A stretch of DNA of 64,000 nucleotides from Bacilli bacterium (GCA_045628045.1 JAZQOV010000001.1:64001-128000); one strand, 5' to 3'. Shown: positions 1 through 10,891, numbered from the stretch's first letter. The notes: generated by a model from the sequence alone, not told the origin. Translations and numbers: made by a program.

Positions 1-343
1 ACCCAGCACCTGTTTTTGTAACTTTTGGAGCCGGGCATCCGAGGTTAATATCAAACATATCAATGTTAGGATTAGTCTTTAAAACAATATCCATTGCTTT
101 GCAAATTGTTTCTGCTGAACTTCCAAATAGTTGAATTGCAACAGGTCTTTCTAACTCTGTTGTTTTAATATAATCAAGGGTTTTAATGTTTTCATAAATA
201 AGACCAGAATCAGAGACCATTTCAGTCACTGTTAAAGCAACGCCAAAAGGTTTCATAAAATTGCGGTATGCCAAAGAAGTAACTCCTGCCATTGGAGCTA
301 ATACAACTTTTCCTTTTATTTCAACATTCCCAATTTTAAACAT
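1..343 (-). CDS. dusB: tRNA-dihydrouridine synthase (partial, runs off the window)
   Basis: Not in the ORF track. Manual translation from ATG at 343 gives MFKIGNVEIKGKVVLAPMAGVT...TEMVS...QLFGS...DINLGCPAPKV, the Dus family motifs. Confidence 0.92.
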   Translation of the reverse strand, partial: MFKIGNVEIKGKVVLAPMAGVTSLAYRNFMKPFGVALTVTEMVSDSGLIYENIKTLDYIKTTELERPVAIQLFGSSAETICKAMDIVLKTNPNIDMFDINLGCPAPKVTKTGAG

Positions 344-347
344 ATTC

Positions 348-370
348 AAAAAAGGGAGGTAAACCTCCCT
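348..370 (-). terminator. Intrinsic terminator after ftsH
   Basis: Minus strand reads AGGGAGG-TTTA-CCTCCCT then a T run, just after the ftsH stop. Confidence 0.75.
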
Positions 371-375
371 AATAA

Positions 376-2415
376 TTATTTTGCAGTAGTCTTTTTAGCA
401 GGTGCCTTTTTAGCAGGAGCTTTCTTTGCAGCTGGTTTTTTAGCAGGAGCTTTCTTTGCTGGTGCTTTTTTCACAGCTTTTGGTTCTTCAAGCTTTCCTT
501 TGGAAAGAAGAACATCAATTTCTTCAGCCGTAATTGTTTCTCTTTCAAGAAGAGTTTCAGCAAGTAAAGTGACTTCTTTTCTATATTTTTTAATAAGTTC
601 AACTGCTTTTTTATGACCTGCTTCGATTAAGCTTCTAACTTCGCGATCAATTTCAACGGCTACTTGATTTGAGAAATTCTTTTGAGTTGAATTGTAGTCT
701 CTTCCAAGGAAGACAGAACCTGTGTCCTTTTCATATTGAATAGGACCAAGTGCACTCATTCCGTATTCAGTAACCATTGAACGAGCAATTTGTGTTGCAA
801 CTTCAATATCATTTGAAGCACCAGTAGAAACATCGGTAAAGAATACTTCTTCTGCTGAACGACCACCCATTAAACCAACGATTCTAGCTTGCATTTCAGC
901 TTTGCTGAGTAAGAATCTATCATCCTCAGGTGTCATTAAAGTGTGACCGCCAGTTCTTCCTCTAGGAATAATGGTGATTTTTTGAACTTTATCAGAGTGT
1001 GGAAGTTTTAAACCGATAATTGCGTGACCTGCTTCATGGAATGCAACGCGTTTTCTTTCTTCAGCGTTAAGACCTTTTGAAGACTTAGCTGGGCCAGCGA
1101 TTCTTCTATCAATTGCTTCGTCAATATCTTGAATTGTAACCATAGGTTTGTTAGCACGAACTGCTAAAATAGCAGCTTCGTTTAAAATATTCTCAATATC
1201 AGCACCAGAGAAACCTACGGTTCTCTTTGCTAACATTTCATAATTAACTTTTGGATCAATAAGTTTATTTCTAGCATGAACTTTAAAGATTGCTTCACGT
1301 CCTTTTTTGTCTGGCAAATTAACAGTAATTGTTCTATCAAAACGTCCAGCACGAAGTAAGGCTGGGTCAAGAACATCTTCACGGTTTGTTGCAGCTATAA
1401 CAATGATTCCGGAGTTATCTTCGAAACCGTCCATTTCAACGAGTAATTGGTTGAGGGTTTGCTCACGTTCATCGTTTCCACCGCCTAAACCAGCACCTCT
1501 TTGACGTCCAACAGCATCGATTTCATCGATGAACACGAGACATGGTGCGGCTTGTTTAGCTTTTTTGAACATGTCACGGACACGTCCTGCGCCAACGCCA
1601 ACGAACATCTCAACGAAATCAGAACCTGAAATTGAGAAGAATGGAACTCCGGCTTCTCCGGCAACTGCTTTAGCAAGTAAGGTTTTACCAGTACCAGGGT
1701 GACCTACAAGAAGAATTCCTTTTGGTAATTTTGCACCAAATTTTGAGAATTTTTGTGGTTCTTTTAAGTAAGAAACGAGTTCTTGCATTTCTGCTTTTTC
1801 TTCATCGCATCCAGCGACATCGCTAAAGCGAACTTTTGAAGAATCAACTCTTCTTGCTCTAGATCTATTAAATTCCATTGCTTTATTATTGCTTCCGTTT
1901 ACTGAACGAGAAAGCATTGCGAATAAGAAGATTGCAATAAGCACTGTAGCGACAATGGAAATGATGGTTGGTCCCCATCTATCCCATGCTGATACTTCGT
2001 ATGCGTTCATTACGCTGTACTTGCCACCTTCGTTATTATCGTGGAAATTCTTTTCAAGAATAACTGAATATGCAGCATGCTCAACTTCGTTGCCTTCTTC
2101 ATCAATATATTTGAATGGTTCACTAAAGTGATCTTTATCAATAACAAGGGAGAATTTTCCTTGATTTCCTTCGGAATCTTTAAATTCACCGGTAATCTCA
2201 ACAATTGTTTCTTGCTTGTAAACTTCAGCAGAAAGAATCTTATTTTCTGATAAAGTTTTATCCAGTGTGTAAGTATCGCCGTTCCAATTTTGCGTTTTTG
2301 CTCTGTTTGTTAAAACAATAATTGTGACAAAAGCCCCAATAATCGCTAAAAACAAAATATAAGGTAGTATTCTTCTACCGGCACTTCTTTTTTGCTTGTT
2401 TTCTTGTTCTTTCAT
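376..2415 (-). CDS. ftsH: ATP-dependent zinc metalloprotease FtsH
   Basis: Two TM segments, Walker A GHPGTGKT, Walker [20 protein letters not shown], Zn motif HEAGH. Confidence 0.98.
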   Translation of the reverse strand: MKEQENKQKRSAGRRILPYILFLAIIGAFVTIIVLTNRAKTQNWNGDTYTLDKTLSENKILSAEVYKQETIVEITGEFKDSEGNQGKFSLVIDKDHFSEPFKYIDEEGNEVEHAAYSVILEKNFHDNNEGGKYSVMNAYEVSAWDRWGPTIISIVATVLIAIFLFAMLSRSVNGSNNKAMEFNRSRARRVDSSKVRFSDVAGCDEEKAEMQELVSYLKEPQKFSKFGAKLPKGILLVGHPGTGKTLLAKAVAGEAGVPFFSISGSDFVEMFVGVGAGRVRDMFKKAKQAAPCLVFIDEIDAVGRQRGAGLGGGNDEREQTLNQLLVEMDGFEDNSGIIVIAATNREDVLDPALLRAGRFDRTITVNLPDKKGREAIFKVHARNKLIDPKVNYEMLAKRTVGFSGADIENILNEAAILAVRANKPMVTIQDIDEAIDRRIAGPAKSSKGLNAEERKRVAFHEAGHAIIGLKLPHSDKVQKITIIPRGRTGGHTLMTPEDDRFLLSKAEMQARIVGLMGGRSAEEVFFTDVSTGASNDIEVATQIARSMVTEYGMSALGPIQYEKDTGSVFLGRDYNSTQKNFSNQVAVEIDREVRSLIEAGHKKAVELIKKYRKEVTLLAETLLERETITAEEIDVLLSKGKLEEPKAVKKAPAKKAPAKKPAAKKAPAKKAPAKKTTAK
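379..480 (-). repeat. Coding tandem repeat (KKAPA-like pentapeptides) at the FtsH C-terminus
   Basis: [34 protein letters not shown], with 15-nt periodicity in the DNA. Confidence 0.9.
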
Positions 2416-2528
2416 AAAATCGTCCTCTATAAATAGTTAAAACAAATGTTGCAACTAAAATAATACCAAAACTAATTGTTTTGTAAAAGGTTTATTTATA
2501 TATATTTTTCGCGACTAGCGTTGAGAGG

Positions 2529-3740
2529 TTAAAACTCCTCAAAATATTCGGTGTTTATTACGAATTTTGATTTGTGATTATCAACAAAATTCTTTCTATA
2601 TCTTGGCACATACAAAAGTTTGCCGTTTGTGTCATAAATTCCTGGCCAAATTTTCCTTAAAAATAAAGGCATTTTCCAATCTATAAAAAGTCGTGATATT
2701 TTTGAAGAATAATCTTTGATTATAATTTTGTCTTTTTGATTAGCATTTTGCACAAATAATTCTTTGTCTTTTAAATCTATTTTTCTATCTTCTGTTCCTG
2801 ATGAAAAATCAACATCTAGAAATTCAGTTTTAACACTATTTTTAAAAAGAATTTTGTAATTCCTCATTTTATTCTTATTAACAAAGTAGACTTCATCGTA
2901 GTCAAGTTCGAGTAAAAGTGATTTTGTAATATCGAAACCAATGCATGATTTTGTTCTAAAAGCTTTTTTAATTTCTTCAATAAAGTTTCTAGATAAATCT
3001 CTATGTTCACCAATTTTGTTCATGTATGTATCAAGAAGATCAATAATTTCTTCATATGTTAACGCGAGGAAACCTTCTTTTGTTTTACATTCTTTTGTTA
3101 ATTTACATCTTTCGTTAATTCTCTTAATCTCCAGAAGAACATTTTGTCTTTCTGCCTCATTCATTTTTTCTACAACGTGGTGTCTAAAAACGTTTCTTGT
3201 ATAACGATCTGTTAAATTTGATTCATCGATTGAAAATGGAACGTTATTAGATAGGTCATAATCTTTTAATTCTTGTTTTGAATAAGAAAGTAATGGACGC
3301 AAAACATTTACTCCTAAAAGTTCATTTTCTTTGGAAATTCCCGCATATTTTACGTAATTTCCGCGCTTTTTCTGCATTAAATAAGTTTCAATAACATCAT
3401 CTTGTTGGTGTGCTACGAGTACTGCATCAGCACTCTCTTTATCGCAAATGTCTTTAAAGAATTTATATCTTGTTTCCCTTGCCCACTCTTGGAAATTTCC
3501 TTCGTGTTTAATTCCGAGCAAATCTAATATATGACATTTAATATTTTGTTCTTCACAGAACTTCACAAGATTATTTTGCTCGTCTATCGAAACTGCTCTT
3601 TTCCTATAATTAACGTGCGCGACCACAATGTTTAATTTTTCCTTTATTGCAGCATCCAAAAGAGCCATTGAGTCCGGTCCAAACGAACAGGCAATAACAT
3701 ATTTCTTATTTTTATCTAAGTGTAAATTAATCTTTTTCAT
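2529..3740 (-). CDS. tilS: tRNA(Ile)-lysidine synthetase
   Basis: PP-loop ACSFGPDS, HVNY, AHQQDD.ET, RPLL, DESN..RN. Start moved to the ATG at 3740, which overlaps the end of mfd. Confidence 0.95.
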   Translation of the reverse strand: MKKINLHLDKNKKYVIACSFGPDSMALLDAAIKEKLNIVVAHVNYRKRAVSIDEQNNLVKFCEEQNIKCHILDLLGIKHEGNFQEWARETRYKFFKDICDKESADAVLVAHQQDDVIETYLMQKKRGNYVKYAGISKENELLGVNVLRPLLSYSKQELKDYDLSNNVPFSIDESNLTDRYTRNVFRHHVVEKMNEAERQNVLLEIKRINERCKLTKECKTKEGFLALTYEEIIDLLDTYMNKIGEHRDLSRNFIEEIKKAFRTKSCIGFDITKSLLLELDYDEVYFVNKNKMRNYKILFKNSVKTEFLDVDFSSGTEDRKIDLKDKELFVQNANQKDKIIIKDYSSKISRLFIDWKMPLFLRKIWPGIYDTNGKLLYVPRYRKNFVDNHKSKFVINTEYFEEF

Positions 3741-6700
3741 TTCTCTTTGAATGCTTTCTATAAAGTGTATCAACACATTCAATAATTGTTTCTAAATCTT
3801 TCATCCAATTATCAATTTTCTTAAGCCTAATTTTTAAAACTTTCTGAATATAAGTAACGCTAACCTTTGCTAAATATGGAGACAAAGTTTCAAACAAATG
3901 GGAACCAATTCCAGAAATTGAAGTAAATGAATTTGACAAAACAATATCAATAAATTCAGGATATTCATTTACATTTTCAAATTCTTCATTTTGCATCAAT
4001 AAGTCTATTCTTCTCTTATTAATTAACATTATAACTTCTTGTGGAATTCTACCGTAAATATCGCGTAATTTTGCTTTTATCCCCTGTAATTCCCTAATAT
4101 TTTTTGCATTTTCGATTTCTTGATAGAATTCAACTTTATCCTCTTTTTTCATGTACTCTTCAGGAATGTATGCATCGATGTTAAATAACTTAACAGGTTT
4201 TGGTGGCTCATAAACTTTTCCGGTTTTTCTCTCCTCAATAACTTCATTCAAAAGTTTGAGATAAAGTTCCAATCCAACCGAGTCAATAAAACCAGCTTGT
4301 TCAGGGCCTAAAATATCTCCTGCTCCGCGAATCATTAAGTCTCTTTGAGCAATCTTATAACCTGAGCCTAACTCTGCAAAATCTTGAATTGCTTTTAATC
4401 TCTTTTGAGCAATTTTATTTATTACTTTATTCTCATTATAGAAAAGATATGCATACGCGATTCTGTTACCACGACCAACTCTTCCTTTAATCTGATAAAG
4501 CTGAGACAAACCAAAGTGATCTGCGTCTTCAATAATGATTAAATTTGCGTTTGGAATATCAATACCATTTTCAATAATTGATGTTGCGACAAGAACATTA
4601 ATTTCTCCTGTGTAGAACTTCATCATCGTGTCTTCAATAAGTTCTTTATCCATCTTTCCATGAATAACACCAACGCTTGCAGAAGGAATTGTTTTTTGAA
4701 TTTTATGAGCAACTAAATTTATCGAAGAAACCACGTTATGTATGTAAAAAACCTGGCCTTTTCTCGTTAATTCTCGTTCAATTAGCTCTCTGCAGACACC
4801 TTCATTAAATGGTGAAACATAGGTTTGAATTGAAGATCTATTTTCTGGCGCAGTGTTGATTTGAGACACTGGTCTAACACCAATTAAAGATAATTGAAGT
4901 GTTCTTGGAATCGGGGTCGCAGAAAGAGACAAAACATCAATATTTGTTTTTAGTTCTTTTATTCTTTCTTTTTGTTCAACACCAAATCTTTGCTCTTCAT
5001 CAACAACTAATAAACCAAGGTCTTTGAATGTGAAATCTTTGCTTAATAATCTATGCGTTCCAATGACTAAATGTGTTGTGCCATCTGCGATAGATTTTAT
5101 GTATTCCTTTTGAATTCTTTCGGGAACCAACCTAGAAATAATTGCAATGTTAATTCCAAAATTTCTAAACCTCTCTAATGCAAGTTCGTAATGTTGTCTC
5201 ACAAGAAGAGTTGTTGGACATAAAATTGCTACCTGTTTTCCAGAATTTATTGCTTTAAATACGGCTCTAAATGCAACTTCGGTTTTTCCAAATCCAACAT
5301 CGCCACAAAGTAAGCGATCCATAACATCGATTGACTCCATGTCTTTTTTAATATCATCAACTGCGCGTGCCTGATCTTCTGTTAATTTATACGGGAATTC
5401 CTTCTCAAAATCCCTTTGAAAATCGTCATCTTTTGCAAAAGCGAACCCTTTTCCATGTGCTCGTTCACTATATAACGCAAACAATCTATCAGCGAGTTCG
5501 TTGATTCTAGTTTTGATTTTAGATTTAGTTTTCTCCCAATCATCTGCATTAAGGTTTGAAAGCTTTGGTTCTGCGCCTTCTCGGCCAGAATATTTTCTTA
5601 ATAATCTAAACTGATTTAATGGAATGTATAATGTGCTTGTTCCTGAATATTGAACGTGAATAAAATCTCTATGAATTCCATCAACCTCAAGAGTTTTTAT
5701 GTCTAAGAATTTTCCAATTCCATAATACTCATGAACAACAAAATCACCAGGTCTTAATTCTTCATATGTTCTTAAAATTGTGGCTTCTTTAAATCTATTC
5801 AAAAATCTTGATGTTCTGCTTTGAAAACCAAACAATTCTTTTGATGAAATAAAGGCTATATTTTGATCAACAATTTCAAAGCCTTCCTCAAGCGAAAAAA
5901 TAGTAATTCCAATCTTCTTTTTTGGAATCTCTAGACCATTCAAAATTTCATAATCTAAATGTTCGGATTTTAAGAACTCTAAAACCGTATCATATTGTTG
6001 TTTGTTAGAAAGCGCTAAAACAATTTTTGATGATAATGATGTGTATTGTCCAAGTAAGATTTTAATATTACCCGCGGTACTTTTTGTGTAAATAATTGGA
6101 TTAATTTTAAATTCGATTTCATCGGGATTTTTCTTATAAATATTCGAGAAAAGCACGTGTTTTTGATATTTCACAACATTATTAAATGAGTCATAAAGTT
6201 CCAGATGAGAAATGAGTTTTCCTTGTTCATTTAATTGTAAGAAATATTCTCTTGCTTCTTTGTTTAGGAACTCTAATGTTGTGTCAAATTGATCTTTGTT
6301 TGAAACAAAAACTAAATCAGGATTAAAGTAATCAACAATTGTGTTTGTGAAATGTTTAACATAACGGGTAAATTTATATAAAGAAGGATGATAAATTCTA
6401 TGCTCAATTCTTTCTGAATCTTGCATCGAATTTTCTTTTAGTTTTTGAGCGATTTCTGAATTCAAATTTTTACAATCTTTTTCAATTTGTGATTGAAGCT
6501 TTTCCTTAAATTCTTCAACCTCTAAATCTGTGAATAAAACATCGTTTGCAGGTTCAAAAGAAACGCTTTCTAATTCCTTATCAGAAAGCTGGGTTGCAAT
6601 ATTAAAATAATGAATGCTTTCAATTTCGTCTCCAAAAAATTCAATACGAATTGGTTTATCATGTGAGACAGGATAAATATCTAGAATGTCGCCTCTACTT

Positions 6701-7209
6701 GCGAACTGTAAAGTTTGATCAATTTTATTAACTTGTTCGTATCCAGCTTTAATTAATTTTTCTTTTATTTCTTTAAGTGAATATTCTTTTCCAACTTCGA
6801 AAGTAAATGAGCTATTTTTAAAATCATTAACTGTCGAAAGAGGCATTGTTACAGAAGATGCATGCGCAACAATAATACGTGGTTTGTCTTTTAAGGCTTT
6901 AGATAAGACATAAAGTCTTTGCGCTAATAATTCTTTTGATGATGTTAATGTTTCATTTCTTAACATGTCGTCAAAAGGGAATAAGAAAACATTCTCTTCA
7001 CCAATAAGCGAAGCGATGAAATCTGAAACCTTATTTGCAGTGTATAGATTAGATGTTAAAAGTAGGTATTTTCCCGGTTTTTCCTGAAAATATGCGGAAA
7101 AAAGCAGGGAAATTCCGATTGTATCATCAACGACAAAATTCCCACTTTTCATTTTGAGGTGGGTAGCAGCTTCGGAATTTGAAATGATTTTTAAGAGTTC
7201 ATCATTCAA
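3727..7209 (-). CDS. mfd: Transcription-repair coupling factor
   Basis: UvrB-homology region, RID (VVHEYYGIG), GDVGFGKT, DEEQRFG, SATPIPRT, QIKGRVGR. TTG start with SD GGAGGT. Confidence 0.97.
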   Translation of the reverse strand: MNDELLKIISNSEAATHLKMKSGNFVVDDTIGISLLFSAYFQEKPGKYLLLTSNLYTANKVSDFIASLIGEENVFLFPFDDMLRNETLTSSKELLAQRLYVLSKALKDKPRIIVAHASSVTMPLSTVNDFKNSSFTFEVGKEYSLKEIKEKLIKAGYEQVNKIDQTLQFASRGDILDIYPVSHDKPIRIEFFGDEIESIHYFNIATQLSDKELESVSFEPANDVLFTDLEVEEFKEKLQSQIEKDCKNLNSEIAQKLKENSMQDSERIEHRIYHPSLYKFTRYVKHFTNTIVDYFNPDLVFVSNKDQFDTTLEFLNKEAREYFLQLNEQGKLISHLELYDSFNNVVKYQKHVLFSNIYKKNPDEIEFKINPIIYTKSTAGNIKILLGQYTSLSSKIVLALSNKQQYDTVLEFLKSEHLDYEILNGLEIPKKKIGITIFSLEEGFEIVDQNIAFISSKELFGFQSRTSRFLNRFKEATILRTYEELRPGDFVVHEYYGIGKFLDIKTLEVDGIHRDFIHVQYSGTSTLYIPLNQFRLLRKYSGREGAEPKLSNLNADDWEKTKSKIKTRINELADRLFALYSERAHGKGFAFAKDDDFQRDFEKEFPYKLTEDQARAVDDIKKDMESIDVMDRLLCGDVGFGKTEVAFRAVFKAINSGKQVAILCPTTLLVRQHYELALERFRNFGINIAIISRLVPERIQKEYIKSIADGTTHLVIGTHRLLSKDFTFKDLGLLVVDEEQRFGVEQKERIKELKTNIDVLSLSATPIPRTLQLSLIGVRPVSQINTAPENRSSIQTYVSPFNEGVCRELIERELTRKGQVFYIHNVVSSINLVAHKIQKTIPSASVGVIHGKMDKELIEDTMMKFYTGEINVLVATSIIENGIDIPNANLIIIEDADHFGLSQLYQIKGRVGRGNRIAYAYLFYNENKVINKIAQKRLKAIQDFAELGSGYKIAQRDLMIRGAGDILGPEQAGFIDSVGLELYLKLLNEVIEERKTGKVYEPPKPVKLFNIDAYIPEEYMKKEDKVEFYQEIENAKNIRELQGIKAKLRDIYGRIPQEVIMLINKRRIDLLMQNEEFENVNEYPEFIDIVLSNSFTSISGIGSHLFETLSPYLAKVSVTYIQKVLKIRLKKIDNWMKDLETIIECVDTLYRKHSKRNEKD

Positions 7210-7772
7210 CTATTACCACCTCCATTAAACTTTGATCCTGCTATTGCAAAATCGTTTATCAAAAATTCACGTATAGCTTTTGCTGCACGTTCTATAGCTG
7301 AATCTATTTTTATTTTGTCTTCGCCAAATGGTTTGCCTAAAACCCATTCAATGGAATTGTTTTGAGGCTCACCGATGCCTATGCGAATTCTTTTAATGTT
7401 TTCGGTTTTTAAATTATCAATAATGTTTTGCATGCCTTTTTGACCGCCGCTTGATCCAGATGCTCTTAATCTTAAACACCCTGGTTCAATTGCCATGTCA
7501 TCAAAGACGACGACAATGTCGTCTATATTAATTTTAAAGAAGTTCACAATCTCTTGAACTGCTGTTCCGGAGAGATTCATCATTGTAAGTGGCTTAAAAA
7601 GAATGATGTCTTCATCATCTAATTTAAATTTGGCATAAATGCCATGAAATTGTTCCTTATTGAAGTCAACACCAGCTAAATCTGCAAACGCATCAATTGC
7701 ACGAAAACCGCAATTGTGTCTTGTCATTGCGTATTCTTTTCCTGGATTTCCTAAACCTACAATAAGTTTCAT
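7206..7772 (-). CDS. pth: Peptidyl-tRNA hydrolase
   Basis: LIVGLGNPG..Y..TRHNCGF, MNLSG, RIRIGIG. Confidence 0.97.
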   Translation of the reverse strand: MKLIVGLGNPGKEYAMTRHNCGFRAIDAFADLAGVDFNKEQFHGIYAKFKLDDEDIILFKPLTMMNLSGTAVQEIVNFFKINIDDIVVVFDDMAIEPGCLRLRASGSSGGQKGMQNIIDNLKTENIKRIRIGIGEPQNNSIEWVLGKPFGEDKIKIDSAIERAAKAIREFLINDFAIAGSKFNGGGNS

Positions 7773-7823
7773 AATTGTTTTTGATTATATCACAACGCAT
7801 TATATTATGCTAAAATATCTCAC

Positions 7824-8729
7824 ATGAAAAAGAAAATGCCTACTCCAATCAAAGACGGTTTGACCGGCGCCGCAATGGGAACAGCAATTATTATCCCGGG
7901 AATTAGCGGCGGAACAATTGCCTTAATTTTGGGAGCAATTGATAAAATTACCGGCGCAGTTAAAAATCTTTTCAGTAAGAAGTTTTGGCGCAATGTTTTA
8001 ATTTTACTTCCATTTATTTTAGGAATGATTGCAGCTGTCGCAGCTCTTTATTTTCCATTTAAATTTGCACTCGCGGAAATTAGATTCTCTCTTATTTGCT
8101 TATTCGCTGGATTGATCATTGGCTCATTCCCAATTATCACAAAAGAGGTGTCTGATAAAAAGATGACTGTTTCAAATTTTACTGGAGCTTTTATCGGCTT
8201 GATAATTTCCGTTTTAATTGGGGTTTTCTCGGTAATTTTTGAATTTTCTCCCACAATTTCTGCACTTTTTTCAGAAATACCTTCTTACTTATTTTTGGTA
8301 ATTTTTGCTGTTGGTGTTGTTTCAGCGGCCGGCTTAATTATTCCTGGATTATCAGGTTCACTTATTCTTTTAGTAATTAGTTTTTACAATCCTATTTTTG
8401 CACTTTTCCAATTTAAAAACGGAATCAAAGATTTTGCTCTTCTTGCATGTTTCGCAATAGGTGTTGGTGTTGGCTTTATTTTGTGGTCAATTCTCATGAA
8501 CAAAGTGTTGAACAAATTTAGAAGAGGAACAATTTTTGTTGTTATTGGTTTTATTATTGGATCATTATTCGCCATCTTCTATAATTCCGAAATGATGATT
8601 TGGTATCATAGTGAAAAATTTGGATTACTTGAATTTATTTTAGGTCCATCACTTTTAATTGTGGGGCTCGTCCTATCATTATTATTTTCAAAATTTGTAA
8701 AGAAAAATTCAGGAGCAAAAAATGCCTAG
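7824..8729 (+). CDS. DUF368 family membrane protein (undecaprenyl-phosphate translocase family)
   Basis: Two re-entrant motifs, IIPGISGGT and IIPGLSGS, in a polytopic 301-aa protein. Confidence 0.85.
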   Translation: MKKKMPTPIKDGLTGAAMGTAIIIPGISGGTIALILGAIDKITGAVKNLFSKKFWRNVLILLPFILGMIAAVAALYFPFKFALAEIRFSLICLFAGLIIGSFPIITKEVSDKKMTVSNFTGAFIGLIISVLIGVFSVIFEFSPTISALFSEIPSYLFLVIFAVGVVSAAGLIIPGLSGSLILLVISFYNPIFALFQFKNGIKDFALLACFAIGVGVGFILWSILMNKVLNKFRRGTIFVVIGFIIGSLFAIFYNSEMMIWYHSEKFGLLEFILGPSLLIVGLVLSLLFSKFVKKNSGAKNA

Positions 8730-9300
8730 AACAAAAGAACAATTTGCAGAAATGAAAGATGAAAGACGTGAGTCTATTTTTGCTGCTGCTCTTCCATTGT
8801 TTTCTCTTAATAAAAAAGTAACAATTGATGACATTTGTGAAAAGGCAAAATGTTCACACGGTATTGTGTATCATTATTTCAAAAATACTGACCAAGTTTT
8901 AGAGAAATTAATGCAAAGACCAACTATAGTTGAGTTGAAAAATTCTTTGCTAAATATCACCAAAGGTTCATCATACGAAAAAATTGAAGAAATTCTCTCA
9001 ATTATGTTAGATATTTCTCCAAAAAATGTTGTTAAAATTTGCTATTTAAATTTACTCATAAAATCACGTGAAAAAGATTCTGTTTTTGCATTGCTATCAA
9101 AGCTTGTCTCTGATGGTCAAAAAGCTCACACAATTAGCGGTGGAGTTCCAGAAGAAATTGTTGAAGCAATTTTTAGTTTATTACGTGGTATTTATCTTCC
9201 GTTTTTATTAGAAAAGCACCCTGATATCAAGGTGCCTTCAGTTGAAACTGTAATGCAATTAATTAGAAAACCTACCACTTTTTCTCATCAAATTCTTTAA
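8722..9300 (+). CDS. TetR/AcrR family regulator
   Basis: N-terminal HTH TIDDICEKAKCSHGIVYHYF; overlaps the end of the DUF368 gene. Confidence 0.9.
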   Translation: MPRTKEQFAEMKDERRESIFAAALPLFSLNKKVTIDDICEKAKCSHGIVYHYFKNTDQVLEKLMQRPTIVELKNSLLNITKGSSYEKIEEILSIMLDISPKNVVKICYLNLLIKSREKDSVFALLSKLVSDGQKAHTISGGVPEEIVEAIFSLLRGIYLPFLLEKHPDIKVPSVETVMQLIRKPTTFSHQIL

Positions 9301-10828
9301 TATCTTTATAGATATTTTTCATTTGAGGATAAATCTTCATATATGCATGACTATATAAATAGTCATATTTTTTTACATTTTCTTTATTTGGAATAAATGT
9401 TTTTGAAACACGGATCATTGAATTGGCGGCTTCTTTTTTGTTTTTAAAATCTCCGTTTGCGATAAATGCTGACATAGCACAACCCATTGAAGAACATTCA
9501 AAAGTTTGAATTCTTGAAACTGGTTTATTGAAAATATCTGCAGTAATTTGACAAATTAAATCACTTTGTGATCCTCCGCCAGAAATTCTGATTTCATCAA
9601 CTTTGTGGTGAAGCCTTTTCTTTTCAAATAATTCAAGACCTTCACGAAGTGCAAAACCGATGCCTTCGACGATAGCTCTGTACATATGAATTTTTGAGTG
9701 AATATCAGAGAATCCAACAATTGCTCCTTTAGCAAGAGGTCTTCTAAGACCTGGTCCCCAATATGGTTGAAGAACAAGTCCATTACATCCTGGTTCAATT
9801 TTTGCCATTTCGTCATTAAATTTTTGGATCATATTTCTATCAACAACAATTTCCTCAATGGTTGGGCCATTTGTCCCAAATTGTTTAATGAACCAATTTA
9901 GCATCCAATAACCACGATAAATTTGAACATCAAGGTTATAGCCATTAACGATATCCGGATATGAAGGCAAGAATGGTTCGGCGTCGCTATATTTTTTAAT
10001 AGGAACTTCGACTGTGCATGCGGTCCCGTATGAAACTGCAGCCTTTGTTTCGTCAACAACACCTAAGCCGAGAGTCTCTGCAGATTTATCAGAACCACCT
10101 GCAAAAACCTTCATTCCTACTGGTAAACCAGTAGCTTTAGCGGCTTCCTCTGTAATTCCGCCAAGAATTTCGCCTGCTTTTTTAACTTCACAAAGTTTAT
10201 CAGGACCAACTCCAAAAAGTGCTCCTCTTAAACTTGAATATTTATACCATTGTCCGGTTTTAAAATTAATTGGAAGGTGTCCTGCTTGGCATGAAGCTGA
10301 GTCGACAAAAGATCCAACAAGTTTATGATTAATATAAGTTGAAAGGAAAAGGAACTTGTAAGTTTTATCAAAAATTTCTGGTTCATTTTCCTTCATCCAA
10401 AGAGTCATTGATCTTTTTCTATTTAATTCAATAGTCGGGCCCATTCCAACAAGTTTGAAAATCATGCGACTTAAAGGAGAAAGTTTGTCTCTAGCCTCAG
10501 CGTGGCGTTGATCAAGCCATAAAATTGCTGGTCTAAGCGCCTTTCCGTTTTTATCAACTGCGACAACGCTATCTCTAAAGAAAGCCATCGAAATTCCGAT
10601 AACATTTTCTAAATCTTTTTTATGTTCTTTTGCAATTTTCTTTGTACAGGTACAAAGATTTTCAAAATAAAATTCTGGATCTTGTTCAGCGTAACCTGGC
10701 TCTGGTGAATTGTATGCCGGAGAATATTTAGCTCTCTCCATTGCGACAAAATCGCCTTTTTTATTAACAAGTGCAACACGCACAGATTGAGTGCCAAAAT
10801 CAATCGTAAGAACTAATGGATTTTTCAT
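9272..10828 (-). CDS. FGGY-family carbohydrate kinase
   Basis: IDFGTQSVR, AILWLDQR, GGSDK, SYGT, SGGGSQS. SD GAGGTGG favours the ATG at 10828. Confidence 0.9.
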   Translation of the reverse strand: MKNPLVLTIDFGTQSVRVALVNKKGDFVAMERAKYSPAYNSPEPGYAEQDPEFYFENLCTCTKKIAKEHKKDLENVIGISMAFFRDSVVAVDKNGKALRPAILWLDQRHAEARDKLSPLSRMIFKLVGMGPTIELNRKRSMTLWMKENEPEIFDKTYKFLFLSTYINHKLVGSFVDSASCQAGHLPINFKTGQWYKYSSLRGALFGVGPDKLCEVKKAGEILGGITEEAAKATGLPVGMKVFAGGSDKSAETLGLGVVDETKAAVSYGTACTVEVPIKKYSDAEPFLPSYPDIVNGYNLDVQIYRGYWMLNWFIKQFGTNGPTIEEIVVDRNMIQKFNDEMAKIEPGCNGLVLQPYWGPGLRRPLAKGAIVGFSDIHSKIHMYRAIVEGIGFALREGLELFEKKRLHHKVDEIRISGGGSQSDLICQITADIFNKPVSRIQTFECSSMGCAMSAFIANGDFKNKKEAANSMIRVSKTFIPNKENVKKYDYLYSHAYMKIYPQMKNIYKDIKEFDEKKW

Positions 10829-10864
10829 ATTTTCCACCTCGTTTGTTTAATTTTACCACAATTC

Positions 10865-10882
10865 TTGTAAGCATTTTCACAA
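10865..10882. promoter_or_regulatory. Candidate Rex/cre-like operator between the divergent FGGY kinase and ppdK
   Basis: TTGTAAGCATTTTCACAA resembles the Rex consensus TTGTGAA-N4-TTCACAA. The inner TGTAAGCATTTTCA is one mismatch from cre (TGWAARCGYTWNCW). Confidence 0.4.
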
Positions 10883-10891
10883 TTTTTTACT

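Noticed and set aside
379-480. Short direct repeats as a possible CRISPR array or VNTR
   Set aside because: They are 15-nt degenerate coding units with no spacers and no cas genes.
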